A model generated the notes under the pieces. The model was given only the letters and a program-made list of their open reading frames with translations, had not been told where the DNA came from and searched no databases. Positions 50,749 through 59,686 of a DNA stretch of 64,000 nucleotides are shown piece by piece. This DNA comes from a virus, in the IMG/VR virus record IMGVR_UViG_3300029910_000007. The stretch is one strand, 5' to 3'. The first letter of the stretch is position 1. Every line of letters starts with the position of its first letter. The position numbers and the translations under genes are program-made.

Positions 50749-51749
50749 CAGAATATAGATCAGTAGTAGAAGGAAAAGGTGGAATTATAGCTAGAGTTGT
50801 TGCAGACTCAATCAGCAAGCACGATTTGTATAGCGACAATCCTTCCAGAATCATCACATTTGAATGTGAGTATCACAGGTGGATTCTTGCTGAAGTCAAC
50901 ACACACCGAATGGAAAGTAAAAACTCAGCATCATCCAGAGCCGTTCCTGTTGAAAAAATGATTGAAAATATCAAGAATCAGACAGCGATGCCTATTTTCT
51001 GGGGAAAGAATCAGGCTGGAATGAGTGCCAAAGAAGAGACTGATGAGCCAGTAAGGTTTACTCATGATGGTGTTGGTTATCGAATGACCAGAGAACAAGC
51101 TTGGACTTATGCACGAGACCTTGCTATCAAGATGGCTATTGGTTTCCAACAGGCCGGATATCACAAGTCCATTACAAACAGGCTCATCGAACCATTTTGT
51201 ATGATGAAGAGTGTGTTGACTGGAACCGAATGGGATAATTTCTTCCATCTCAGATACCATCCAGACGCTCAACCAGAATTTAAAGAACTTGCACGTTGTA
51301 TGTTGGAAGCTGCAAAGCTTTCTGAACCAACTGTCCTCACGAGTAAAGATTGGCACATGCCATATTTTGATGATGGGTTCTGGATCGCTGGTGAACTCGA
51401 TTCATTGATGAATGATGCTGGTATCTCATTAGGTGAAGCCCTGAAAACTTCTGTTTCTTGTGCTGCTCAAGTATCATATAGAAAGAATGATCCATCTCTA
51501 GAAAAGGCTGAATCGATCTACGAACGACTGGTGAAATCTGTTCCGGTCCATGCTTCTCCAACAGAACACCAAGCACGTCCATTCGACAGAGCAACAGAAA
51601 AAGCCAATATGCAAGCTGGAAAATTTACAACTGATGAGAACGACTGGTGGTCTGGAAATTTCAGAAACTGGTTCCAATTCCGTCAGACTGTCAAAAATAA
51701 CGTCTGTAACAAGTATGAGCCTTTCAGGACTCTCTATAGCAATGAATGA
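50745..51749 (+). CDS. thyX: flavin-dependent thymidylate synthase
   Basis: ThyX signature THRMESKNSASSR (RHRxxSxxxxSxR-type). Confidence 0.85.
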   Translation: MTEYRSVVEGKGGIIARVVADSISKHDLYSDNPSRIITFECEYHRWILAEVNTHRMESKNSASSRAVPVEKMIENIKNQTAMPIFWGKNQAGMSAKEETDEPVRFTHDGVGYRMTREQAWTYARDLAIKMAIGFQQAGYHKSITNRLIEPFCMMKSVLTGTEWDNFFHLRYHPDAQPEFKELARCMLEAAKLSEPTVLTSKDWHMPYFDDGFWIAGELDSLMNDAGISLGEALKTSVSCAAQVSYRKNDPSLEKAESIYERLVKSVPVHASPTEHQARPFDRATEKANMQAGKFTTDENDWWSGNFRNWFQFRQTVKNNVCNKYEPFRTLYSNE

Positions 51750-51867
51750 TTTTCTAAAATTTTTCTTTCAGGGTGCATCTATTGTTTTGTTTGTCAGATG
51801 TTTATTGAAAGGTGATCATTCTGGGGCAGCAATAGCTGCTCTTGCAATCATAGAATCAACAAAATGA
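51742..51867 (+). CDS. small hydrophobic peptide
   Basis: 41 aa, overlaps the thyX stop (ATGAATGA); below the track cutoff. Confidence 0.3.
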   Translation: MNDFLKFFFQGASIVLFVRCLLKGDHSGAAIAALAIIESTK

Positions 51868-52517
51868 AGCCGACTAACGCAATTCCATCTTCTGTTCTTC
51901 CCTTCATCAATCATATCGAAAAGGAACTGAAGAAGAACAAAGTGAAATTGAATTTTTCCAAAACCAGACTGGTTGATGGTTGTAATGGGTATTTTTCTGA
52001 TTCTCCGAAACCAGAACTTGCTGTTGCTGTCGATCAGCCATTTGAAAAATGGTTTCCAATTTTTGTTCACGAATCTTGTCATTTTGATCAATGGATGGAA
52101 CAGTGTCCAGAATGGACCAATACGATCATGTCTTCCTCTGACTCAAATTCTGTCATGGAACTTTGGTTGAATGGTGAAATTACTCTGTCTAGGAAACAAA
52201 GGGAGAATATTATTGGTTTGTGTAGGGATTGTGAGCTAGACTGTGAGCGTCGAGCGATTGGAAAGATTAAAGGGTGGAAACTCCCAATCAATCCCGAATA
52301 CTATGCACAGCGTGCTTCTGCCTATATCCACTTCTACAATGTCCTAATGGAAACAAGGCGCTGGTATGATGAAACGCTATCAGAGCCTTATAATATGGAA
52401 AGGATTGTTAAAGCAATGCCAGAAAATCTTGATGGTGACTATTCCAAACTACCTTACTATTACAGAGAAGTGTTTGGTAGTGCCTATGGTTTAAACTTAA
52501 AGTGGAAGTATCGTTAA
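51864..52517 (+). CDS. hypothetical protein with HExxH-like motif
   Basis: FVHESCHF could be a zinc-peptidase HExxH; otherwise no match recognised. Confidence 0.45.
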   Translation: MKPTNAIPSSVLPFINHIEKELKKNKVKLNFSKTRLVDGCNGYFSDSPKPELAVAVDQPFEKWFPIFVHESCHFDQWMEQCPEWTNTIMSSSDSNSVMELWLNGEITLSRKQRENIIGLCRDCELDCERRAIGKIKGWKLPINPEYYAQRASAYIHFYNVLMETRRWYDETLSEPYNMERIVKAMPENLDGDYSKLPYYYREVFGSAYGLNLKWKYR

Positions 52518-52936
52518 AATTTCTTCTTACGTCTTGCAGTTGGTTTAGGCTTGGCTCTATGGTTCTGTTCACAGTCATCTAATCGTTCTTTTACACCACT
52601 CAACTCAGTTTTTAAACTACCTATCTGGACCTTGTTATCGGTGTCTCGCTCTTCACATTCGATCCATTTCCCCTCATATTTTTTAATCTCAATTTTCAAC
52701 TCATTTTTCAATTCTGTCATGGCTTCTGATGATGACTTTCTGATGCTATTGGCAGCTGCACTAACTTCATCACGAATTTGTCTAGCTTTTTTCTCAGCAT
52801 CCTCTTTGAGTCTTTCTGCATTTTCTTTAGCTGTAGTAATTGAAAGCTTTCTCTGAGAAATCACAATTGAACCTAGAGCGGTAGCAAGAGCGGCAATACT
52901 AGTAGCATGGTCAGTTACATATGGAAGGAAATCCAC
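52514..52936 (-). CDS. membrane-anchored coiled-coil protein with a basic tail
   Basis: N-terminal hydrophobic SIAALATALGSIVI, long Glu/Lys-rich helix, C-terminal RRKKKF; its stop overlaps the stop of the convergent + gene (TTAA). Confidence 0.55.
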   Translation of the reverse strand: MDFLPYVTDHATSIAALATALGSIVISQRKLSITTAKENAERLKEDAEKKARQIRDEVSAAANSIRKSSSEAMTELKNELKIEIKKYEGKWIECEERDTDNKVQIGSLKTELSGVKERLDDCEQNHRAKPKPTARRKKKF

Positions 52937-52966
52937 GTTAAAATTCTCCGATTGTTAGTTTGATGT

Positions 52967-53452
52967 TCATTTCTTTAGGTCACTAATCAACAACTGAAAG
53001 AAAGTCAATGGGAGAGGATTGCTTTTTAGTTGTTTATCAATGTGTTGGACTTGATATTTATACTTTTCGATATCTAGATTCTTGGCAATGGTGACATGCG
53101 GTTTATAGGTATCAAAATCTGATGTTGCCCCTAGAGCCTTCCATGTCCTATTTTCTGAATGGAGTGATGCACTAGAAAGGTGCAAAACGATATAGCCATC
53201 TCCATCACTTCCCGGCCATGCTTCACATCCGATTGCAGATGCTGAGAATCTTGTTGGTGCTGCCATTACAGCCGCTTCTGCTGAGCCTACAGGCACGCTC
53301 GTCTTGGAATAGGCGATGGTACAGTGAAGCTCTTCTGGTGGCTCAGAATGGTCGCCAAAGGCTTGTAGACGTGAAATCGTGTCTCTGGACAACTGAGTCG
53401 GTTTGACAGAGACATAAAGTCCATTGGTGGCTGTATAGTTGATGATTGTCAT
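52967..53452 (-). CDS. 2H-phosphoesterase superfamily protein (LigT/Acb1-like)
   Basis: Two HxT motifs: ELHCTIAYSK and KPHVTIAKNL, about 90 aa apart in a 161-aa protein. Confidence 0.65.
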   Translation of the reverse strand: MTIINYTATNGLYVSVKPTQLSRDTISRLQAFGDHSEPPEELHCTIAYSKTSVPVGSAEAAVMAAPTRFSASAIGCEAWPGSDGDGYIVLHLSSASLHSENRTWKALGATSDFDTYKPHVTIAKNLDIEKYKYQVQHIDKQLKSNPLPLTFFQLLISDLKK

Positions 53453-53539
53453 ATCTGAATATTTAACGATCCGATGAACGGTAGTTGAGAAGATTTCAAA
53501 TTTGATTTAAGATGTGTTTATTGAAATTTGGAGAAACCT

Positions 53540-53764
53540 GTGAACTACGAATTTACCAGTGTCGAACAGATTGCAAAGCTTCTGAAGCAAGCTAGGGCTG
53601 CTGAGAAAGCTACCAAGCAGTTTGTCAAGACACAAATAGTGATTCATGGGAAGATTATTGTGAATAGTCTCTATCACCACAATGGACAAGTGAAGGTCAG
53701 TTATGTGATTGGACATGACCTATACACTGTTTACACTCAAGATTTTTACTACTCGGATTTTTAA
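53540..53764 (+). CDS. hypothetical protein
   Basis: GTG 53540 behind GGAGAAACCT; candidate promoter TTGAGA-N17-TAAGAT upstream. Confidence 0.5.
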   Translation: MNYEFTSVEQIAKLLKQARAAEKATKQFVKTQIVIHGKIIVNSLYHHNGQVKVSYVIGHDLYTVYTQDFYYSDF

Positions 53765-53816
53765 TCATGAAACTTACCCAAGCCATTGCAAAGAAAGTCA
53801 CCTTCAACTTTAAAAC

Positions 53817-53845
53817 TTGACAGCATCAGTCCAAAGTAGTATAAT
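53817..53845 (+). promoter_or_regulatory. perfect-consensus sigma70-type promoter
   Basis: TTGACA (53817-53822), 17-nt spacer, TATAAT (53840-53845). Confidence 0.7.
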
Positions 53846-53894
53846 AGTAACAAGTAGTAAACTGTCTAAACTTCAACTCATAGAGGAAATATCA

Positions 53895-54938
53895 GTGGCA
53901 AATCTAATCAAGAATTATCTCGGTATTGTTCGTGATCATACCGGCTCGATGCGAACCATCAAGGAAGCTGCAGCCAAGGATTACAATGCAATGATTCAGT
54001 CCTTCAAGACTGAATCCATCGTTCAAGGACAAGATACAGTCGCCTATGTCATGCAATGTGGCATTGGCCGTCCTGCACGAAATGTCTTTGAGGCACAGAA
54101 CTCAAGCATCGCTGTTCTACGTCCTATTCAACCCGGTCACTATGATGTGACTGGTGATTCCACCCCTTTGTTTGATGCTATCTATGAGACAATCACAGCG
54201 TTGCAGAAGGTGCCTGACTATAATGAAACCAATGTGTCTTTCATCGTCATGGCAACGACCGATGGTGGTGATAACAACTCTCGTATGAGCGGACACAAGC
54301 TCGGTGAAATCATCAACTCTCTCCAAAAGAGTGATCGCTGGACTTTCGTCTTCCGTGTACCTCGCAATTGTGTTGATGGACTTGTCCGTCTCGGAATCCC
54401 GGCTGCAAATATTTTGGGATGGGACCAGACCGAACGTGGTGTCGAAGTTGCAACTGTAGAAACGACCAGTGCTGTAAAGCGTTTCTATGCTGCTCGTTCG
54501 GCTGGAAAGACCTCTTCGTCTTCTTTCTACACTGATCTGAGCAACGTTCAGGCCAAGGATGTTCACAAGAAGATGGACAATATCACCTCTGAGGTTGAGG
54601 TGTATGATGTCAAGACCAAGGATGATGGCAAGCAGATTCGGGACTTCTTCGAAGAGCAGCGCAACAACTACTTGCTCGGTCAGGGTTTCTATCAGTTGAC
54701 AAAGCGCGAGAAGGCCATTCAGGACCACAAGAAGATTGTGATCCAGAACAAGACTTCCGGGTTCTACTACTCTGGTTCCCATGCTCGTAATTTGCTTGGA
54801 CTGCCTGAAGTTGGATCAGTCGCTGTCAATCCGGGTGATCATGGAAACTTCAACATCTTCGTTCAGTCCACTTCTGTAAATCGCAAGCTGGTGGCTGGAA
54901 CCAAGGCTCTGTATTGGGCGCAAGTTCGCGCTCTCTGA
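53895..54938 (+). CDS. vWA-domain protein
   Basis: GTG 53895 behind AGAGGAAATATCA; MIDAS-like DHTGSM; TDGGDN. The track start 53817 is the TTG of the -35 box. Confidence 0.65.
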   Translation: MANLIKNYLGIVRDHTGSMRTIKEAAAKDYNAMIQSFKTESIVQGQDTVAYVMQCGIGRPARNVFEAQNSSIAVLRPIQPGHYDVTGDSTPLFDAIYETITALQKVPDYNETNVSFIVMATTDGGDNNSRMSGHKLGEIINSLQKSDRWTFVFRVPRNCVDGLVRLGIPAANILGWDQTERGVEVATVETTSAVKRFYAARSAGKTSSSSFYTDLSNVQAKDVHKKMDNITSEVEVYDVKTKDDGKQIRDFFEEQRNNYLLGQGFYQLTKREKAIQDHKKIVIQNKTSGFYYSGSHARNLLGLPEVGSVAVNPGDHGNFNIFVQSTSVNRKLVAGTKALYWAQVRAL

Positions 54939-54947
54939 TGTGAACAT

Positions 54948-54987
54948 GTAGCACAATAGTATTAGAAATTTGATACTATCGTGCTAC
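54948..54987 (+). terminator. strong stem-loop after the vWA gene (terminator or processing site)
   Basis: GTAGCACAATAGTAT (54948-54962) pairs with ATACTATCGTGCTAC (54973-54987), 14 of 15 bp, 10-nt loop; no T run follows. Confidence 0.45.
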
Positions 54988-55002
54988 AATCGGAGAAAAT
55001 TT

Positions 55003-55311
55003 ATGCAAAAGATGAAAAAAACTATCAAGAAGAAGTGGGTTAAGGCTCTTCTCAGTGACAAATATGAACAGACAATTGAAACACTCTGTGATGGTGATTC
55101 ATATTGTTGTCTAGGTGTTCTTTGTAGAGTCATTGAAGGACAGCTTCCGAGTGTGGTAGACCTCTTAGAAAATGGCGATGGAGAACTTGATTCGAAGACA
55201 CTTAACTTTTGTCAATTGAGTAAAGACAATCAGAAAAAGCTTGTTAGTCTCAACGACGAAAAGCGTTTAAATTTTAAACAGATTGCTGCTTACATCGACA
55301 GGTATCTCTAA
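55003..55311 (+). CDS. hypothetical protein, CCLGVL-motif family
   Basis: WVKALLSDKYEQ...YCCLGVLCRV...LNDEKRLNFKQIAAYI; paralog of 56972-57295. Confidence 0.55.
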   Translation: MQKMKKTIKKKWVKALLSDKYEQTIETLCDGDSYCCLGVLCRVIEGQLPSVVDLLENGDGELDSKTLNFCQLSKDNQKKLVSLNDEKRLNFKQIAAYIDRYL

Positions 55312-55312
55312 C

Positions 55313-55513
55313 GTGAAACGACCAACAAAGAAATTTCTTGGAAAGACTTGGTTGTTCTGGATAAATTTTCTAATTATTCAGTGGTTCTTTATGAGACTTT
55401 CTTTGACTGGATATCCAAACTCGTATTGTAATAAACCAAATACACTTAAACTGGGCCTGATGGTTGGAATTTGGCCCCTTACTGGCTGGTGGACAAACTA
55501 CAGGTATCTTTAA
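55313..55513 (+). CDS. small membrane protein
   Basis: GTG 55313; Trp-rich hydrophobic segments. Confidence 0.4.
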   Translation: MKRPTKKFLGKTWLFWINFLIIQWFFMRLSLTGYPNSYCNKPNTLKLGLMVGIWPLTGWWTNYRYL

Positions 55514-55960
55514 ATGAACAGACTCACAATCAAAAGAGATTCATGGCATTATTCATTCTATAAAGTCATCAGCATCCAAGAACCAAAACATCTATGTGGT
55601 TATTGTTGGGTTGTTGTGTTTGGTGCCATTATACTCACACTTCTTATCGTTCTTGGAACTTTATCGATTGGTACTGTAGGTTGGATTTTGTTCACTCCAC
55701 TCTTTCATCAATATTATCAAAGAAATATCGATGATGTTGGACTTTACATAATTGATATGATGAGTGTTGTGATGTGGTCTTTCATTCTCTATGTTGTCGG
55801 AAAACTCGTAGAAGAAAATGCAATCACAGGATTTCTATCCACACCAATCTTCACAATCGAAAATAAGTTTGAAATCAAGACACCCGGTTTTGTGACACTC
55901 ATCATAAAGTCACTTGTCTCGGCCAAACAAAAGTATTGCATTCCGGTGGATGTTGAGTGA
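55514..55960 (+). CDS. multi-pass membrane protein
   Basis: At least three hydrophobic segments. Confidence 0.55.
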   Translation: MNRLTIKRDSWHYSFYKVISIQEPKHLCGYCWVVVFGAIILTLLIVLGTLSIGTVGWILFTPLFHQYYQRNIDDVGLYIIDMMSVVMWSFILYVVGKLVEENAITGFLSTPIFTIENKFEIKTPGFVTLIIKSLVSAKQKYCIPVDVE

Positions 55961-55974
55961 ACACACATTGGTAT

Positions 55975-56124
55975 ATGTACATGTTTGAACAGGAAGATGT
56001 TGATTATTTTCTTTTAACAAGACCAGATATGCCAACACCGACAGAAGAATTTCATTATGATATTATTTCTGGAACAATGGAAGCGGTTAGAGAGAAGTTT
56101 GATCGTCTGGATTGGGAGTTTTAG
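55975..56124 (+). CDS. hypothetical small acidic protein
   Basis: 49 aa, abuts the next ATG. Confidence 0.35.
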   Translation: MYMFEQEDVDYFLLTRPDMPTPTEEFHYDIISGTMEAVREKFDRLDWEF

Positions 56125-56310
56125 ATGGTCTGGTTAAAGCCCGCTGATCAATGTCATTGTGATATTTGTCCCGGTAGAATAAAACCTCCAAATGGACAAT
56201 ATGGTGGAATGATTTGTACTTGTAGTTGTCACCGATTAAAGGAATGGGATAAAATTTTGATTCCTAGAATAGAAAACATTGAGGATAAAGATGATACGTT
56301 TGACTCCTGA
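56125..56310 (+). CDS. small Cys/His-rich protein
   Basis: CHCDICPG...CTCSCH. Confidence 0.5.
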   Translation: MVWLKPADQCHCDICPGRIKPPNGQYGGMICTCSCHRLKEWDKILIPRIENIEDKDDTFDS

Positions 56311-56399
56311 ACATCTTCAATCTTTTGGATTTATCAAAACTACTGATCAAATTTTAAAACTCTAATATACTTCTTCACATTAACCACGGAGGAAGTTGC

Positions 56400-56642
56400 T
56401 TGAAAACTTTTCGTAGGATCATCAAAGGATGTGGAAATCTCCCCGATATGGGTGAACATCCCGGAACTGCGTGGCTCATCATATTCATCCTGATGGGTGG
56501 AATGGCCGGTGCTGGTCGCGGTGGACTCATTGGCTTCTTTGGTGGTTGTGTATTCATAGCTGTCTTTATGGTTCCAATCTATCTGATTGGTGCTCATGAT
56601 CGTTCTGTAGAACAGGAGAGGATGAATGATCGAAGAGATTGA
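56400..56642 (+). CDS. small membrane protein
   Basis: TTG start; Gly-rich hydrophobic segments. Confidence 0.45.
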   Translation: MKTFRRIIKGCGNLPDMGEHPGTAWLIIFILMGGMAGAGRGGLIGFFGGCVFIAVFMVPIYLIGAHDRSVEQERMNDRRD

Positions 56643-56970
56643 AATTGTAAAAGAAATATCTACCATTGATCTATTGAAGTGGTCATTTTGGATGTGGTTT
56701 GAAGGATTTAGTGTGTGGATAATCCTTGGACTTATAATGACATCTGTTGTTGAGTTAAATGTTCTAAAGCCAATAATTGATCCTGTGTTATGGAATTCCA
56801 TAACACCAAATGGTAATTATTTCTATGACGCGAGTATAGGAACTGCAGCCTTGATTGCCTATCCGATAGTCTTTGGTCTCGGTTTTATTTTTATATTTGT
56901 GAGAGCAAGGATACATATTGACTTACAAATCAAGAATAAAAAACCATTTTTCTCAACATACGGACTCTAA
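56626..56970 (+). CDS. membrane protein
   Basis: Three hydrophobic segments. Confidence 0.5.
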   Translation: MIEEIEIVKEISTIDLLKWSFWMWFEGFSVWIILGLIMTSVVELNVLKPIIDPVLWNSITPNGNYFYDASIGTAALIAYPIVFGLGFIFIFVRARIHIDLQIKNKKPFFSTYGL

Positions 56971-56971
56971 A

Positions 56972-57295
56972 ATGAAAAGACAACTATGTGATGAATGGTG
57001 TGTGAAGCTTCGTCATCCTGAGAGCAAACAGATTACTGATGCTCTAGAAACACCATATGGAAATTGCTGTCTTGGTGTTTTAGCTAATATTTGTGAAGTT
57101 CCAAAAATTGTAAGTGAAAATATGAGTCTTTTTCAATTCGATGATGGGTCTGAAGAATATGCGTCTCTTCCAGACAATTGGTGTGGGATAGACGTTAATC
57201 AAAAAGGCGAACTGATCGGAATGAATGATAGATTGAATTACACATTCCCACAAATTGCTGACTGGATTGAAGCTAATATTCCAGTTGAGGATTGA
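56972..57295 (+). CDS. hypothetical protein, CCLGVL-motif family
   Basis: ATG 56972; WCVKLRHPESKQ...NCCLGVLANI...MNDRLNYTFPQIADWI. Confidence 0.55.
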   Translation: MKRQLCDEWCVKLRHPESKQITDALETPYGNCCLGVLANICEVPKIVSENMSLFQFDDGSEEYASLPDNWCGIDVNQKGELIGMNDRLNYTFPQIADWIEANIPVED

Positions 57296-57326
57296 CAGGT
57301 TGTTTGAATTGGTTTAAAATATAAAG

Positions 57327-58163
57327 ATGAATACAAATTATCTAACCGAACAGACACTTGGTAATATTCTAATGTCTGTTTATCCAAATCAAAAGATTAT
57401 TCCCCAGTACGACTATGGTAAAAAATATGATTTCGCTGTTGTCATAGAAGAAAAAGACTTTAATCTATTGCACAATTCTATTACCAGCAATATAGATGCT
57501 TCTGAATCTGGATGTACCGCATCATCCGAAGATGCTGATATGTTTGATGAAGATGGCGTCATGTTAGACGAATATAGAACAAAAGAGATTACACTTCTAT
57601 ATGAATATAATGGACATCATCACTATTGTATAAATTCTGTTGTTGAGGCCGAACGAGATTCATCTATTACAGAATGGGTTCAAATAGACTCAAATCATTG
57701 GTTAATTTCCATACCATACTGGATTCAACCGACATGTGTACACTCTTTCAATTGGTTTGGAGTTGCAAAGGATTATTCAAACGAGTTTCCACACGGATTT
57801 ATCAGTAGTAAATGTGTTTTACCAGAAAGATTTTGCCGTGCTGGAGAAGAAAGGTTTATCACTGAGTTAGATTCACTTGATGCTGATACAAAGCAACAAG
57901 TCATCAATAGTATCAAAGCAAAGACTGAATCTAAAAATTTAATGAAAGTTGCTTCACGATGGATGTGGTATGAATTATTAAAGCGTGATACAATCACCGA
58001 TAACGAAGTGAAAATTTTAGTACAAAAGTGTAAATCAGCAGAAAAATGTTATAAAGATTTAACTCCAAAAGAGTTTAATGAACTGGAAGAAAATAGATTT
58101 GTAAAATTTAGTTTTTCATCAAATGAGCACTATTACTATGCACAAAAAGAAATCCCCAATTAA
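57327..58163 (+). CDS. hypothetical protein
   Basis: 278-aa ORF, last gene of the + strand block. Confidence 0.6.
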   Translation: MNTNYLTEQTLGNILMSVYPNQKIIPQYDYGKKYDFAVVIEEKDFNLLHNSITSNIDASESGCTASSEDADMFDEDGVMLDEYRTKEITLLYEYNGHHHYCINSVVEAERDSSITEWVQIDSNHWLISIPYWIQPTCVHSFNWFGVAKDYSNEFPHGFISSKCVLPERFCRAGEERFITELDSLDADTKQQVINSIKAKTESKNLMKVASRWMWYELLKRDTITDNEVKILVQKCKSAEKCYKDLTPKEFNELEENRFVKFSFSSNEHYYYAQKEIPN

Positions 58164-58173
58164 GGGGATTTCT
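58148..58173. terminator. hairpin terminator between convergent blocks
   Basis: AGAAATCCCC/GGGGATTTCT 10-bp stem, loop AATTAA; on the - strand it is followed by TTTTTGTG, so it is intrinsic-terminator-like for the capsid operon. Confidence 0.7.
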
Positions 58174-58195
58174 TCAAAACTTTCAACTACTTGGT

Positions 58196-59596
58196 TTAGC
58201 TTACTGCTGTACCGGTCAAATTGATAACTCTAGAACGTCTGTAGTACACGTTCGCAGAAGCTGTCAACGCACCAAGTCCAACTGTCGTACCCTGTGCGAA
58301 TGGGTTTGCGACCATGCCGTAACGCGTTTTGAAGGCGATCTTAGGCTGTAGGGTCTCGCTGTCCAAAGTCTTGAACATCTGGAGTGGAACATATGGGCAG
58401 TAGAACAAACCTGCGTCATAAGCACTTGATCCACGGAATCCAACAACGAAGAAGTTGAATCCAGCGTGTGCTTCAGCTGTAGGTGTAGAAGCGACTGCAT
58501 ATGGATCGATGTAGACCTTGTAACGACCCTGTAGGATACCAGCGAAGGTGTTACCAGTATCATCTACGTCCAAACCTGTTGAAAGGGCAGGAGCATAGTT
58601 CAGAACGCCTGCCATTGCCAATGCGGAAGCAACGTCAGATGAACAGATGATGATGTTACCACGACCGCGTCTGGTGTCACGAGCAACTTGGTTAGCCTCA
58701 CGCTCGATCTGGAACAACATACCCTTGAACTTTTCAACAGCCCAACGACCGTTAGAGTCTAGGTTCAAGTCGAAAGTACCGGGAGTGGTCAAATCGGTGT
58801 TCTGACAACCGGGCTTTGCAATAACATAAACGGTACGAACAACTTCACGGTTGATTTCAGCGAGTGTTTCAGCCTGCAAGATGTTTGCAAGTTCTGTTTC
58901 TGCGTCCAATCCATGCACAGACTTCAAATCCTGTGCAATTTCAGAGGTGTATTCAGCCTTCAAAGCACGAGTCTGAGCAGAGACTGTAACCTTTTCGATG
59001 GTGATACCCATTTCTGGGAAAGGATTACCCGGAGTACCCAACATTTCACCGGTTAGGGTTGGCTGTGCAGTACCGTAGGTGTATGTTCCACCGTTATTCA
59101 ACGCAGCTGGAGAATTACCAGTCTGTGATCCAGTACCAGAGAATGCAGAGTTAACTTCGTTATAGTTGGTTTCTGGAAGAGATAACAACCCTGCTGGAGC
59201 AGAAGCTGGTGGGCTTGAGATATACTTGGTACGTAGAGCAAAGATCAAGCCGGTAGGCATGGTCATTGGCTGAACACCACAAATATCATAAGCGATCAAG
59301 TTAGGCATATTACGACGAACCAAGTTAATCAAAACTGGGTCATAACCTGAAACGTTGGTTGTGTTGTTAGCGAGAGGTCCGCCCAAGTTTGCAGAAACGT
59401 TGGAAGGAACTTCATTTTCGAGAATCAACTCACGAGGGATGTTGCGATCAATAGCTTCGCCCTTGAGGATAGAAACTTCTTGGTTCTCAAGCAATGTAGC
59501 AGTAACCTGCTTACGGTAGTTGTCACGAATCTTTGGATAAAATTCATTCTCAAGAATTGGCTTCCACTTTGCGAGAATTTGCTTATTGACCTTCAT
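58196..59596 (-). CDS. gp23: major capsid protein (T4 gp23 family)
   Basis: LAKWKPILE..., VRRNMPNLIAYDICGVQPMTMPTGLIFALR, KAEYTSEIAQDLKSVHGLDAE and FKTRYGMVANPF closely parallel T4 gp23. Confidence 0.95.
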   Translation of the reverse strand: MKVNKQILAKWKPILENEFYPKIRDNYRKQVTATLLENQEVSILKGEAIDRNIPRELILENEVPSNVSANLGGPLANNTTNVSGYDPVLINLVRRNMPNLIAYDICGVQPMTMPTGLIFALRTKYISSPPASAPAGLLSLPETNYNEVNSAFSGTGSQTGNSPAALNNGGTYTYGTAQPTLTGEMLGTPGNPFPEMGITIEKVTVSAQTRALKAEYTSEIAQDLKSVHGLDAETELANILQAETLAEINREVVRTVYVIAKPGCQNTDLTTPGTFDLNLDSNGRWAVEKFKGMLFQIEREANQVARDTRRGRGNIIICSSDVASALAMAGVLNYAPALSTGLDVDDTGNTFAGILQGRYKVYIDPYAVASTPTAEAHAGFNFFVVGFRGSSAYDAGLFYCPYVPLQMFKTLDSETLQPKIAFKTRYGMVANPFAQGTTVGLGALTASANVYYRRSRVINLTGTAVS

Positions 59597-59635
59597 GTGT
59601 TGTCTTCCTCTGTTGTTTAGTTGTTACTATGATTT

Positions 59636-59643
59636 TATTTATG
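59636..59643 (-). promoter_or_regulatory. late-promoter-like box upstream of the capsid gene
   Basis: On - strand CATAAATA, about 40 nt upstream of the gp23 ATG. Confidence 0.35.
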
Positions 59644-59686
59644 AAACTTTATTGTGCAGAAATTCTTTTGAATCAACCGACTGCGC

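Noticed and set aside
53817-53894. TTG start at 53817 for the second vWA protein
   Set aside because: That TTG is the first half of the TTGACA -35 hexamer of a perfect consensus promoter. GTG 53895 has an RBS.
54117-54782. 221-aa - strand ORF
   Set aside because: It is antisense to the vWA gene and is a shadow ORF without start signals.
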